IMG/VR virus record: IMGVR_UViG_3300025608_000032
Span: 1-51,839 of that record
DNA: 51,839 bases
Source: a virus
Taxonomy: Duplodnaviria; Caudoviricetes
Strand: one strand, 5' to 3'
Below the pieces are notes generated by a model that ran no database searches, was not told where the DNA came from, and saw only the letters and a list, made by a program, of their open reading frames with translations. This document shows, piece after piece, positions 17,470-25,750 of this stretch. How positions within the stretch are numbered: the stretch's first letter is position 1; each line of letters begins with the position of its first letter. Made by a program: the position numbers and the translations under genes.

Positions 17470-17805
17470 ATGAATCAAGTTGCTGTAATCCACACTGCCT
17501 TTGAAGACTCACCTCGCACAGTTGCGTTTGTAGATGTTGGTGATCGTGAAGGAACAGATGCTCTAGAATATGCATACATGCGAACCAACAACATTCAAGG
17601 TTCTTGGAGTAAAGGCCCTACTATCAAGTGGGAAGGCAAAGAGATGCCTAACGAAGACTACTCTGAAGACGTTACTGTGATGGCAACACTTCCAGTAAAG
17701 AATGGAGTTGAATATGGTTTGCGCTCTACTTCAATGAATGACCAGATATTGCTCGGTAACAAGAAGTATCGTGTGGCAGCTTTTGGTTTCAAGGAGATTG
17801 TATAA
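17470..17805 (+). CDS. hypothetical protein
   Basis: ORF after a TTGACA promoter and a GA-rich leader. Confidence 0.75.
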   Translation: MNQVAVIHTAFEDSPRTVAFVDVGDREGTDALEYAYMRTNNIQGSWSKGPTIKWEGKEMPNEDYSEDVTVMATLPVKNGVEYGLRSTSMNDQILLGNKKYRVAAFGFKEIV

Positions 17806-18002
17806 TGATTATCTATGGTAAAAAGTTCAAGGTGTCTACCTTTGATTTGATTGAGGATAGTTGGGTGAAGTTGACTGCTGAGGTTATCGACCAACTATCA
17901 GGCCCTTACAATGAAGACTTTGTAACGGTTCAATACTCTGATGGTGCAGTGAAAGATATGCCTATCAGTTCTTTCTTACGTCAAGTGGATGAGGTGTTAT
18001 AA
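17805..18002 (+). CDS. hypothetical protein
   Basis: Coupled ORF. Confidence 0.65.
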   Translation: MIIYGKKFKVSTFDLIEDSWVKLTAEVIDQLSGPYNEDFVTVQYSDGAVKDMPISSFLRQVDEVL

Positions 18003-18256
18003 TGGGAAAAGTAAGTGCAATGTTGATGGACGTTGAAGAATTCGTCTATGGTTTCTATGACAAGGAAGGACAGTTGACTGAGACTTATCCTACTATTGTT
18101 ATGAAAGCAAAAGAGAAGTATGGTATTTCTTTTGGTGAGTATGCAGAGGATGTTCTGATGGGACGTGAAGGCCCATGTGAACCTAACTATATGGAAGAAG
18201 AGATGGCGTATCGTCAGTCTCTTGTAGAAGAACTGAACGATGAGATTCCCTTCTGA
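18002..18256 (+). CDS. hypothetical protein
   Basis: Coupled ORF; acidic C-terminus DEIPF resembling an SSB tail. Confidence 0.7.
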   Translation: MGKVSAMLMDVEEFVYGFYDKEGQLTETYPTIVMKAKEKYGISFGEYAEDVLMGREGPCEPNYMEEEMAYRQSLVEELNDEIPF

Positions 18257-18765
18257 TGTTTGAGACTCTGTTACTTTCATTCCTCGCAGTAAATACACCA
18301 GATGCCTCACTTGGTGAGGTTGATATGTATATGCTAGAAGAGACTATGTGTCTTGCAGATAACATCTACCATGAGGCACGAAATCAAGGGACAGCGGGAC
18401 AACTTGCTGTTGCCGCAGTTACTATCAATCGTGTGAACGATAGTCGGTTCCCAGAGACAATCTGTGGTGTTGTCAAAGAGGGGCCTCAGCGTCCATCTTG
18501 GAAGGGAACTGGTGAAATGATTCCAGTTCGCCATCGTTGTCAGTTCAGTTGGTATTGTGATGGTAAAGATGACACACCACAAGACATGACTACATTTCAG
18601 AACATTTATGACTTGAGTTATGACATTGTTTATGGTAACATACAAGTAATGGATATCACTGATGGTGCAACCCACTATCATGCTGATTATGTAAACCCCT
18701 CGTGGGCCTCATCAAAAGAGAAGACGATTGAGATTGAGGATCACATATTTTACAGGTGGGACTGA
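18256..18765 (+). CDS. cell wall hydrolase, SleB/Hydrolase_2 family
   Basis: CLADNIYHEARNQ, NRV, CQFSWYCDG, GATHYHA and HIFY motifs. Confidence 0.92.
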   Translation: MFETLLLSFLAVNTPDASLGEVDMYMLEETMCLADNIYHEARNQGTAGQLAVAAVTINRVNDSRFPETICGVVKEGPQRPSWKGTGEMIPVRHRCQFSWYCDGKDDTPQDMTTFQNIYDLSYDIVYGNIQVMDITDGATHYHADYVNPSWASSKEKTIEIEDHIFYRWD

Positions 18766-19307
18766 TGAACGTATTCTATCTAGATTCGAACCCTGTCACT
18801 GCGGCACAAATGCACAATGACAAACATGTTGTCAAAATGATTATTGAGTATGCACAACTCATGTCTACTGCACATCGTGTATTGGATGGTGAGATGTATT
18901 ATGGACTCACTAAAAACGGCCGTAAGATCAAACGTTGGCGTCTAGATGATGAACGTGAAGAGGGATTGATGAAGGCATCACATGTCAACCATCCTTCCAA
19001 CATCTGGACTCGTTCTAGTAACAACAACTATACTTGGTTGTATTACATGTGGCGGGCATTGTGTCGTGAGTATACCTATCGTTATGGTAAACGTCATGCA
19101 TGTGAAAAGTATGCAGAGTTCATACAAAACCCACCAAAAAACATTCCAGTGGATTACAAGACGCAACCGCCACAGGCAATGCCTGATGATGTAAAGATTG
19201 ATGGTGACTCTCGTAGTGCTTATCGAAACTACTATATAAAGTATAAGAGTGGTTTTAATAAATACACCAAAAGGGAAGTCCCAACATGGTTACAGAGCAG
19301 TATATAA
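18765..19307 (+). CDS. pyrimidine-dimer DNA glycosylase/endonuclease V-like protein
   Basis: MNVFYLD, DKHVVKMIIEYAQL, HVNHPSNIW, EYTYRYGKRH and PPQAMPD motifs. Confidence 0.8.
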   Translation: MNVFYLDSNPVTAAQMHNDKHVVKMIIEYAQLMSTAHRVLDGEMYYGLTKNGRKIKRWRLDDEREEGLMKASHVNHPSNIWTRSSNNNYTWLYYMWRALCREYTYRYGKRHACEKYAEFIQNPPKNIPVDYKTQPPQAMPDDVKIDGDSRSAYRNYYIKYKSGFNKYTKREVPTWLQSSI

Positions 19308-19435
19308 CTATGGAAGACATGTATAAAAAAGAACTTGCAGAAATGCAGAAAATGAATCATCAACTGATGGTTCGTATAAAAGAGTTGAATGAAGAAATTC
19401 ATATACTCCGACAAAAACTTAATGAGAAAAAATAA
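19286..19435 (+). CDS. small coiled-coil protein (49 aa)
   Basis: MVTEQYITMEDMYKKELAEMQKMNHQLMVRIKELNEE...; fills the gap, TAATG coupling. Confidence 0.55.
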   Translation: MVTEQYITMEDMYKKELAEMQKMNHQLMVRIKELNEEIHILRQKLNEKK

Positions 19436-19740
19436 TGCCTAATTATACTTTTGAAGACACCAATACTGGTGAAGTTTATGAAATGACAATGCGAATATCC
19501 GAAAGGGATGAGTTCGTAAAAGACAATCCACATATGAACCAACTTATTACTGGCGCTCCTATGGTAATCAGTGGTCGGGGCGGTATCAAAACCGACAATG
19601 GATTCAAAGAGGTTCTTTCCAAGGCTGCAGAGGCACATCCCAACAGTCCACTTGGTGAACGGTATGGTAAAAAGTCTGCTAAAGATATTAAGACGCAAGA
19701 AGTAGTTAATAAACACAGAAAAAAATGGAGTAGCAATTAA
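19435..19740 (+). CDS. conserved T4-like hypothetical protein (FmdB-like N-terminus, no Cys)
   Basis: MPNYTFEDTNTGE...DNPH...DNGFKEVLSK. Confidence 0.75.
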   Translation: MPNYTFEDTNTGEVYEMTMRISERDEFVKDNPHMNQLITGAPMVISGRGGIKTDNGFKEVLSKAAEAHPNSPLGERYGKKSAKDIKTQEVVNKHRKKWSSN

Positions 19741-19742
19741 TA

Positions 19743-20441
19743 ATGGGTAAGTCAAAAGATATTCGTATGGATCAAATGGTTTCGGTGAAACCAATCACAG
19801 ATAATCAAAAGAAAGCGTTTGATGCATACAAACAGGGTAAGAACCTTTTCCTTTACGGTGCAGCGGGAACTGGTAAAACTTTCATTTCACTTTATAATGC
19901 ACTACAGGAAGTTCTACGAAACGAAACTCCCTATGATACGGTTTACCTAGTTCGCAGTGCAGTTCCAACTCGTGAGATTGGTTTCTTGCCTGGCGATGAA
20001 GAAGACAAGACTGCATTGTTCCAAGTTCCATATCAGAACATGGTGAAGTTTATGTTTGAGATGCCTAATGAGATTGCATTCTCTGGCCTCTATGATCGTC
20101 TAAAGAATCAAGGTTCTTTGATGTTTCTCACTACATCGTTCTTGCGTGGTATCACACTAGACAATGCTATCATCATTGTAGATGAGTGTCAGAACTTGAA
20201 CTTCCATGAACTTGATTCGATAACAACTCGTGTGGGACAGGACTCTAAGATTATCTTCTGTGGTGACTTCATGCAGACAGACTTGCAGAAGCAATATGAA
20301 AAAGAAGGTATGATGAAGTTCATGCAAATCTTAGAACAGATGGATGCCTTTGAGAATATCGAATTCAATATTGGTGACATTGTTCGTTCTGGTTTTGTGA
20401 AAGAATACATCATTAATAAAATCAAAATGGGTGTGGGATAA
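19743..20441 (+). CDS. phoH: PhoH-like ATPase
   Basis: GAAGTGKT, IGFLPG, FLRGITL, DECQN and DIVRSG motifs. Confidence 0.95.
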   Translation: MGKSKDIRMDQMVSVKPITDNQKKAFDAYKQGKNLFLYGAAGTGKTFISLYNALQEVLRNETPYDTVYLVRSAVPTREIGFLPGDEEDKTALFQVPYQNMVKFMFEMPNEIAFSGLYDRLKNQGSLMFLTTSFLRGITLDNAIIIVDECQNLNFHELDSITTRVGQDSKIIFCGDFMQTDLQKQYEKEGMMKFMQILEQMDAFENIEFNIGDIVRSGFVKEYIINKIKMGVG

Positions 20442-20446
20442 ATCTA

Positions 20447-20475
20447 TTGACAAATGGCCCAGATCCAATTATAAT
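20447..20475 (+). promoter_or_regulatory. sigma70-type promoter
   Basis: TTGACA-17-TATAAT. Confidence 0.75.
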
Positions 20476-20507
20476 ATAGAATGAAAAACTAGAAAAGGTG
20501 AAATATT

Positions 20508-21218
20508 ATGTTTAATCATATTGGGGTAGTTATCCCAGAAGTCAAGACAAAGAACGTAAATCGTAAGCGTTTCTATGTCACGCCAGATGGTTTGTATCCA
20601 TCTATTACTACAGTTCTGAATGTTCGTAAACGTGAAGGACTTGCAGAATGGCGTAAACGTGTAGGTGAAGATGTTGCGAACTATATTGCTCGAACTGCCG
20701 CAACTCGTGGAACAAAAGTCCACAAGATGTGTGAAGACTTTTTGAACAATGAAGAAGTAGTTAAGGAGAATCATGAGTTTCTGCCTTGGTGTTTGTTCTC
20801 ACAACTAAAACCAGTTCTAGAAGATCGCATTGATAACATCTTTGCTCAAGAAGCAGGACTGTGGAGTGACAAGTATAAGGTGGCAGGACGTGTAGACTGC
20901 ATTGCAGAATACAACGGTGTTCCTTCAATCATTGACTTCAAGACTTCACGTTCTCAACGTAATGATGAATACAATGAGTCATACTATATTCAGGCAGCTG
21001 CATATGCAGAGATGTTTGAAGAACGAACTGGAATTGAAATCGAACAGATTGTAATTCTGGTTGTAACCGAAGATGGACAGGTTCAAGAGTTTGTGAAGAA
21101 GAAACATGAGTATCTTCCCTTACTTGTCGAAACCATTGAACAGTTTGTCTCTGAATGGGAAAAAGAAAGTGATGAACAAACTGGCGTTATTACTGAGTCT
21201 GAGTCTCTTACCTCATAG
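20508..21218 (+). CDS. PD-(D/E)XK exonuclease (Cas4/RecB-like)
   Basis: YPSITTVL, RGTKVH, AGRVDC, IIDFKTS and QAAAYA motifs. Confidence 0.88.
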   Translation: MFNHIGVVIPEVKTKNVNRKRFYVTPDGLYPSITTVLNVRKREGLAEWRKRVGEDVANYIARTAATRGTKVHKMCEDFLNNEEVVKENHEFLPWCLFSQLKPVLEDRIDNIFAQEAGLWSDKYKVAGRVDCIAEYNGVPSIIDFKTSRSQRNDEYNESYYIQAAAYAEMFEERTGIEIEQIVILVVTEDGQVQEFVKKKHEYLPLLVETIEQFVSEWEKESDEQTGVITESESLTS

Positions 21219-21519
21219 TGCATATGCGGCAGAGGAACTAGGAAGAATTACTGGTTCCTTTCCATGTTTCAAATTTGACGAACTGAAAGAACAGTTGGTT
21301 GAGAAACATGGAGAACTGCCATTTATCTCTGGTAACGGTGCATCCAATCTATTGAATATGGAATCAAGTAAACTTGAGATTGCATCACATGGATTCTATG
21401 TATTTGTAAATCCAAAAACATATGAGTTTAGTGTGGTGTTTAGAATGGGTGAAGACATTGGGTGTGTTGTTTCTGTAGGAAAAGAAATGGGCCCAGTGTT
21501 ACAAGATACTGGAATTTAG
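21172..21519 (+). CDS. exported hypothetical protein
   Basis: Signal peptide MNKLALLLSLSLLPHSAYA. Confidence 0.7.
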   Translation: MNKLALLLSLSLLPHSAYAAEELGRITGSFPCFKFDELKEQLVEKHGELPFISGNGASNLLNMESSKLEIASHGFYVFVNPKTYEFSVVFRMGEDIGCVVSVGKEMGPVLQDTGI

Positions 21520-21521
21520 TA

Positions 21522-21552
21522 TTGACAAATACACTGTGATGGTGTATAAATA
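21522..21552 (+). promoter_or_regulatory. overlapping sigma70 and late promoter for tmRNA
   Basis: TTGACA-17-TATAAA; the -10 box extends to TATAAATA. Confidence 0.7.
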
Positions 21553-21557
21553 AAGTA

Positions 21558-21875
21558 TTCGATGATGTTGATCGAAAGGTAGTTTGGACGTGGGTGCGAT
21601 TCCCACCACCTCCACCATAGATACACCTACAACTCTGAGAGAGTAGACCGAAAGGTGAAATAGTAGGGGAAGAACGTGGTGTATCTATGATGGGGGTGAA
21701 TAGGTTCGACAGGCTAATGATTAGAGATACGGAGAATCGTCAACGCAGAAGACGTTAGGGTTGGGAGTTCTCGGCCGAAGAAGCACAAAAAGTAACTGCA
21801 AACGATAGCACTTACGCATTGGCAGCCTAATCGCTGACTAGGGTTTCGGGGTTCCTCGTAACAGAATACCCCAAC
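21558..21875 (+). ncRNA. ssrA: two-piece (permuted) tmRNA
   Basis: Acceptor piece ends CACCTCC-A-CCA (21617); paired intervening segment; coding piece starts GGGGGTG (21692) with G3-U70; tag ANDSTYALAA* at 21798-21830; ends approximate. Confidence 0.92.
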
Positions 21876-21898
21876 AAAATCCCTTACCTTGGGATCGT

Positions 21899-21925
21899 GA
21901 CCTGAGTATGTCCCTAAACTGCTCA
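21899..21925 (+). other. H-type pseudoknot motif (copy 1)
   Basis: GAC-CTGAGTAT-GTC-cctaaac-TGCTCA. Confidence 0.5.
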
Positions 21926-21956
21926 CTTTAACACACAGACACACAGGAGAAAAGTT

Positions 21957-22178
21957 ATGTCTAATAAAAACCCATTTGAAATTCGTTCTGAAATGCTAGC
22001 AATGGCAAAGGACTATATGGATCAACAATACCACATGAACATTGAGTTTACTCGTAAACTCTTTGATGAAGGTAAGAAGTCTGTTGAAGAACTTCAAGCA
22101 GCAATGGTTCCATATTCAATGGAAGACCTTATGGAAAAGGCGAAGGAAATGTATTCTTTCGTTTCCAATAAGGACTAA
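21957..22178 (+). CDS. conserved hypothetical protein
   Basis: MSNKNPFEIRSEMLAMAKDYMD...KAKEMYSFVS; ACACAGGAG leader. Confidence 0.8.
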   Translation: MSNKNPFEIRSEMLAMAKDYMDQQYHMNIEFTRKLFDEGKKSVEELQAAMVPYSMEDLMEKAKEMYSFVSNKD

Positions 22179-22265
22179 GTGCAACACTCGTAATATTTGA
22201 GTGCTCTGCTTAATAGCCGATAGGGGGAGTGCTAGCGCTCCCTCTATCACAATGAAAGGAATATA

Positions 22266-22508
22266 ATGAACAACCTAGAAGAACTAGCAGTGATGACACC
22301 GAAAAAATTTGCAATGAAAATCGAAGAGATGGTGATAGACGGTAAAGGTGCAGTTTCGTATATGGAAGCTATTCTAGACTATTGTGAAAAACATGAGATG
22401 GAACCTGATGCCATCGCCCCACTAATCTCTAAACCCCTCAAAGAAAAGATTGAGGCAGACGCTAGAGAACTGAATTTCCTACCCAGAGTGGCAACCCTAC
22501 CTGTATAA
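22266..22508 (+). CDS. gp33: late transcription coactivator (T4 gp33-like)
   Basis: YMEAILDYCE...ISKPLKEKIEADARELNFL; precedes gp59. Confidence 0.88.
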   Translation: MNNLEELAVMTPKKFAMKIEEMVIDGKGAVSYMEAILDYCEKHEMEPDAIAPLISKPLKEKIEADARELNFLPRVATLPV

Positions 22509-22522
22509 GAGGTAATTATATT

Positions 22523-23104
22523 ATGGAAGCATTTGATGCATATCGAATGTATCTTGGACTGAAGTTACACTTCACAACTGACTATGACTATACACGTTAT
22601 GGTGGCAAGACTTCTGCATCCAAATCATCCTTCCTAAAACGTAGAGACAGAAACTTCTTTGCTAAAGTTGCAAGGAAGTATGGTGTGTCTACACAAGATT
22701 ACTTTATTAGTAACTTTGTGTGCAGTCCCAAAGGTTGGCTTGGTGACTTTAACGAAGACAACTACAACAAGTGGATGAAACACAAACAGTCCCTAACCTA
22801 TAACTTCATCAACGACATGTCATTTTTATTTTCACAAATTAGCGAATTTGATGAAATTTTCTCTTGCAATTCGGGACAACATCCAGTATTATTAAAGAAC
22901 TTCCTCGCTAAGAGGATTTCACTAGAGTCGATGGTAATCCTACAAGGGTTACTGAATTATGTAAAACAGTTTGATGAGGATTTGAAACATGATCTAGTAT
23001 GGCCAGACAATAGAAGACTTATAGTCAAATACGGCGCATTTCTGTCTTTCGATAAGCAGAAGTGTAAAACTCAACTACTCAAACTTGTTAAGGAGACATT
23101 CTGA
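22523..23104 (+). CDS. gp59: helicase loader (T4 gp59-like)
   Basis: YLGLKLHFT.DYDY..YGGK...FLKRRDRNFF. Confidence 0.9.
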   Translation: MEAFDAYRMYLGLKLHFTTDYDYTRYGGKTSASKSSFLKRRDRNFFAKVARKYGVSTQDYFISNFVCSPKGWLGDFNEDNYNKWMKHKQSLTYNFINDMSFLFSQISEFDEIFSCNSGQHPVLLKNFLAKRISLESMVILQGLLNYVKQFDEDLKHDLVWPDNRRLIVKYGAFLSFDKQKCKTQLLKLVKETF

Positions 23105-23304
23105 TGCAAACAGTAGATCAGAACGACCTAGTAAGGGAAAGAGACTTCTATCGTGCTAAACTTGCAGATGCAAATGCACGAATCAAGACTCTGGAGTTTG
23201 ATAACGCTGAACTCGTGAAGCGTGATCAAGACCTTTCGAAGCGTTTGTCGGAAGTTTCAAATCGAAACGCAAATTTCCGTCCTCGTCATAATCGTAGAGG
23301 TTAA
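23104..23304 (+). CDS. small coiled-coil protein
   Basis: Coupled ORF. Confidence 0.7.
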   Translation: MQTVDQNDLVRERDFYRAKLADANARIKTLEFDNAELVKRDQDLSKRLSEVSNRNANFRPRHNRRG

Positions 23305-23310
23305 TGGATT

Positions 23311-23395
<85 letters not shown>

Positions 23396-23398
23396 AGT

Positions 23399-23482
23399 TA
23401 AGGGTTCTGTTCCCCTTACAAAATAATTGAACAGATGGTGTCACAGGAGTGGGCCATCCTGAGTATGATGTGAAACTACTCA
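23399..23482 (+). ncRNA. putative tandem-pseudoknot RNA between two tRNAs
   Basis: PK1: TAAGGG/CCCTTA plus TCTGTTC/GAACAGA; PK2: CATC/GATG plus TGAGTA/TACTCA. Confidence 0.5.
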
Positions 23483-23492
23483 TTTAAATTTG

Positions 23493-23582
23493 GGTGAGGT
23501 GGCAGAGTGGTTTAATGCACTGGTCTTGAAAACCAGCGAAGGTGAAAGTCTTCCGAGAGTTCGAATCTCTCCCTCACCGCCA
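23493..23582 (+). tRNA. tRNA-Ser(TGA)
   Basis: Type II cloverleaf; CTGGT-CTTGAAA-ACCAG; CCA. Confidence 0.95.
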
Positions 23583-23592
23583 GGAAAAAGAT

Positions 23593-23802
23593 ATGAACTA
23601 CAAAAAAACAGGCGAAAATAGTTGGATTGTAGAAGTTCAACAAGACGGTAAAACCAAGGAACTATATATTGAGTTCCCCCCAGATTGTTTGAACCAAGTG
23701 GGATGGGATGAAGGTGATACTGTAATTTGGGAAGAACTGCCTAGTGGTGGTTATTCATTGAAAAAGAAAGAGGAAGATAATGACACAAGTAAGACTGATT
23801 AG
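23593..23802 (+). CDS. AbrB/MazE/SpoVT-like swapped-hairpin protein
   Basis: LYIEFPPDCLNQVGWDEGDTVIW. Confidence 0.7.
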   Translation: MNYKKTGENSWIVEVQQDGKTKELYIEFPPDCLNQVGWDEGDTVIWEELPSGGYSLKKKEEDNDTSKTD

Positions 23803-24457
23803 TTACAGTCAACCAGTAGAAGGAGAACTCTATGTCGGTGATGATATCCAAGAACTCGTGGCGTATTGCGCCCGTGTCTCCAATCCATCGAACCAGATTA
23901 ACCACGAAACGTCCGAAAAACTCATCCGATATCTTATCAAACACCAACACTGGTCGCCGCTCGAGATGGCTAGTGCTTGCTTAGAGATTGATACGACTCG
24001 TGATATTGCACACCAGATTGTGCGACACCGTAGTTTCAGTTTCCAAGAGTTTTCACAACGTTATGCTGACCCAGCAGAGTTTGGAGATCAGTTTGTAATT
24101 CGTGAAGCACGTTTGCAAGACACAAAGAATCGACAGAACTCTATTGAGATGTCAGATGAAGATGCAACACATCGTATCATTGCAGATACTTGGGTAGAAG
24201 CGCAGCAAGAAGTTATTGATTTAGCAAAGCGCACCTACGAATGGGCTATCGACAATGGCATTGCTAAAGAGCAAGCACGTGCGGTTCTACCAGAGGGTAA
24301 CACAAAGACTCGTCTGTATATGAATGGCACAATTCGTTCTTGGGTTCACTACATTGAACTACGTTCTGCAAATGGAACGCAAAAAGAACACATGGAGATT
24401 GCAAAGGCATGTGCGTTGGCAATCAATAAAATCTTTCCCCTAATGGAGACTTTGTAA
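23780..24457 (+). CDS. thyX: FAD-dependent thymidylate synthase
   Basis: HWSPLE, RHRSFSFQEFSQRY, EQARAVLP and TQKEH motifs. Confidence 0.96.
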   Translation: MTQVRLISYSQPVEGELYVGDDIQELVAYCARVSNPSNQINHETSEKLIRYLIKHQHWSPLEMASACLEIDTTRDIAHQIVRHRSFSFQEFSQRYADPAEFGDQFVIREARLQDTKNRQNSIEMSDEDATHRIIADTWVEAQQEVIDLAKRTYEWAIDNGIAKEQARAVLPEGNTKTRLYMNGTIRSWVHYIELRSANGTQKEHMEIAKACALAINKIFPLMETL

Positions 24458-24828
24458 TGCATAAATTTATTTGCGAAACCGCTGATACTCATAAAGAGTT
24501 TACGGCAGTGGAGAACATTGAATTTGTTCTTCATGAAGATGCATCACTTGATGAGATGTGTGATGCATTCACTTCATATTTGAAGGCAGTTGGTTATCAT
24601 ATTAAAGAGGGACATATTCTTGACATTGTGCCTGAAGATGGGTATAGTGAACAAGGATGGGATTCTTTCGTTGATGGTGAAGGAGTCACTGAGGACTTCA
24701 ACCCTCGTTCATCTATTGATGACGCTACTGTGCAAGATTGGAACAATGCATATAAGAACGTCACTGTGACTTATGATGGAGTTAAGTTCCAAGAACATGA
24801 CTGTCATGACCTTGCCCCAAGAACATGA
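24457..24828 (+). CDS. hypothetical protein
   Basis: Coupled ORF. Confidence 0.75.
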   Translation: MHKFICETADTHKEFTAVENIEFVLHEDASLDEMCDAFTSYLKAVGYHIKEGHILDIVPEDGYSEQGWDSFVDGEGVTEDFNPRSSIDDATVQDWNNAYKNVTVTYDGVKFQEHDCHDLAPRT

Positions 24829-25667
24829 CTAAAGTATTCGTATTAGGCAATGGAGAGTCACGGAAGACACTAGACCTAAATGTTTTAAAAACAAAAGGAA
24901 AAGTGTATGGATGTAATGCATTATATCGTGATTTTGTGGCTGATACTCTTGTGGTGGTTGATGGTGGAATGATGCATGAGGTGTATTCTAGTGGATATGC
25001 CTTAGAGAATAAATGTTACTTTCGAACATGGACAAAGTTGCCTGATATGGCATACGATATGGTCGTGAATACAAACCTATTTGAAGGATGGCATAAATCT
25101 TTGCACAGTGAGAATGATAAGTGTTATAGAACACAGTTTGTTCTCAATGGAACTGACCCAAACCAGATGATGGTTTTGGTGAATATGGCAAAGAAGGTTG
25201 CCGAAGAAAGAGGTGAGGAACTTGATGAAGTCTTGTTACGACAACAAATGGGGAATCATCATCAATGGGTTACTTGGGTTGAAGATATCGACAAGGTTGA
25301 AATCATCCCAGAAGATTGCAGTGGTTGGAGTGCAGGCCCAATTGCAGTAAGAATGGCTATCGAAGACAACAATCCTACAGATGTATATCTAATTGGATTT
25401 GACTTGGGTAGTAACACAGGGTTGGTTAATAACGTTTACAAAGGAACGTCTAATTACGTCACGCAAGACGCAAAGGAGACACCCTCAGTAAACTGGATTA
25501 AACAACATCAACAAAACTTCAAAGCGTTCCCTGATGTTACGTTTTGGAAAGTGAATCCTGCTCCACTTGGAGAAGATGGCGTAAGTCAGATTGTTGAAGA
25601 GTGGGAAGAATACGATAATGTTCAATACATTACTCAAGAAGAATTTGAATTATCTCTTGACAAATGA
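24825..25667 (+). CDS. conserved phage protein with GT29/MptE-like Rossmann motifs
   Basis: VFVLGNGESR, YGCNALYRD, WSAG, YLIGFD and NNVYKGT motifs. Confidence 0.65.
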   Translation: MTKVFVLGNGESRKTLDLNVLKTKGKVYGCNALYRDFVADTLVVVDGGMMHEVYSSGYALENKCYFRTWTKLPDMAYDMVVNTNLFEGWHKSLHSENDKCYRTQFVLNGTDPNQMMVLVNMAKKVAEERGEELDEVLLRQQMGNHHQWVTWVEDIDKVEIIPEDCSGWSAGPIAVRMAIEDNNPTDVYLIGFDLGSNTGLVNNVYKGTSNYVTQDAKETPSVNWIKQHQQNFKAFPDVTFWKVNPAPLGEDGVSQIVEEWEEYDNVQYITQEEFELSLDK

Positions 25668-25690
25668 TGAATGTTAGAGTATTATAAATA
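25657..25690 (+). promoter_or_regulatory. overlapping sigma70 and late promoters for gp32
   Basis: TTGACA-17-TATTAT and TATAAATA (25683-25690). Confidence 0.7.
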
Positions 25691-25750
25691 ATGTCATATT
25701 ATGAATGATGTGAAATACTTAAACATACGAAAAACATACGGAGAAAATAT

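Noticed and set aside
20508-21218. Cas4-like nuclease as part of a CRISPR system
   Set aside because: It is a stand-alone exonuclease next to phoH, common in T4-like phages; no array or other cas genes are present.
21841-21873. GGGGTTCCTCGTAACAGAATACCCC as an HDV-like/theta ribozyme
   Set aside because: The nested double pseudoknot cannot be built, and the segment fits the usual 3' stem of the alphaproteobacterial tmRNA coding piece.
21714-21944. 76-aa minus-strand ORF
   Set aside because: It is antisense to tmRNA, with no RBS or protein-like features.
23542-23592. Upstream start for the AbrB-like ORF
   Set aside because: It lies within tRNA-Ser; the ATG at 23593 has an AGGA SD. This is not a second nested-tRNA case.
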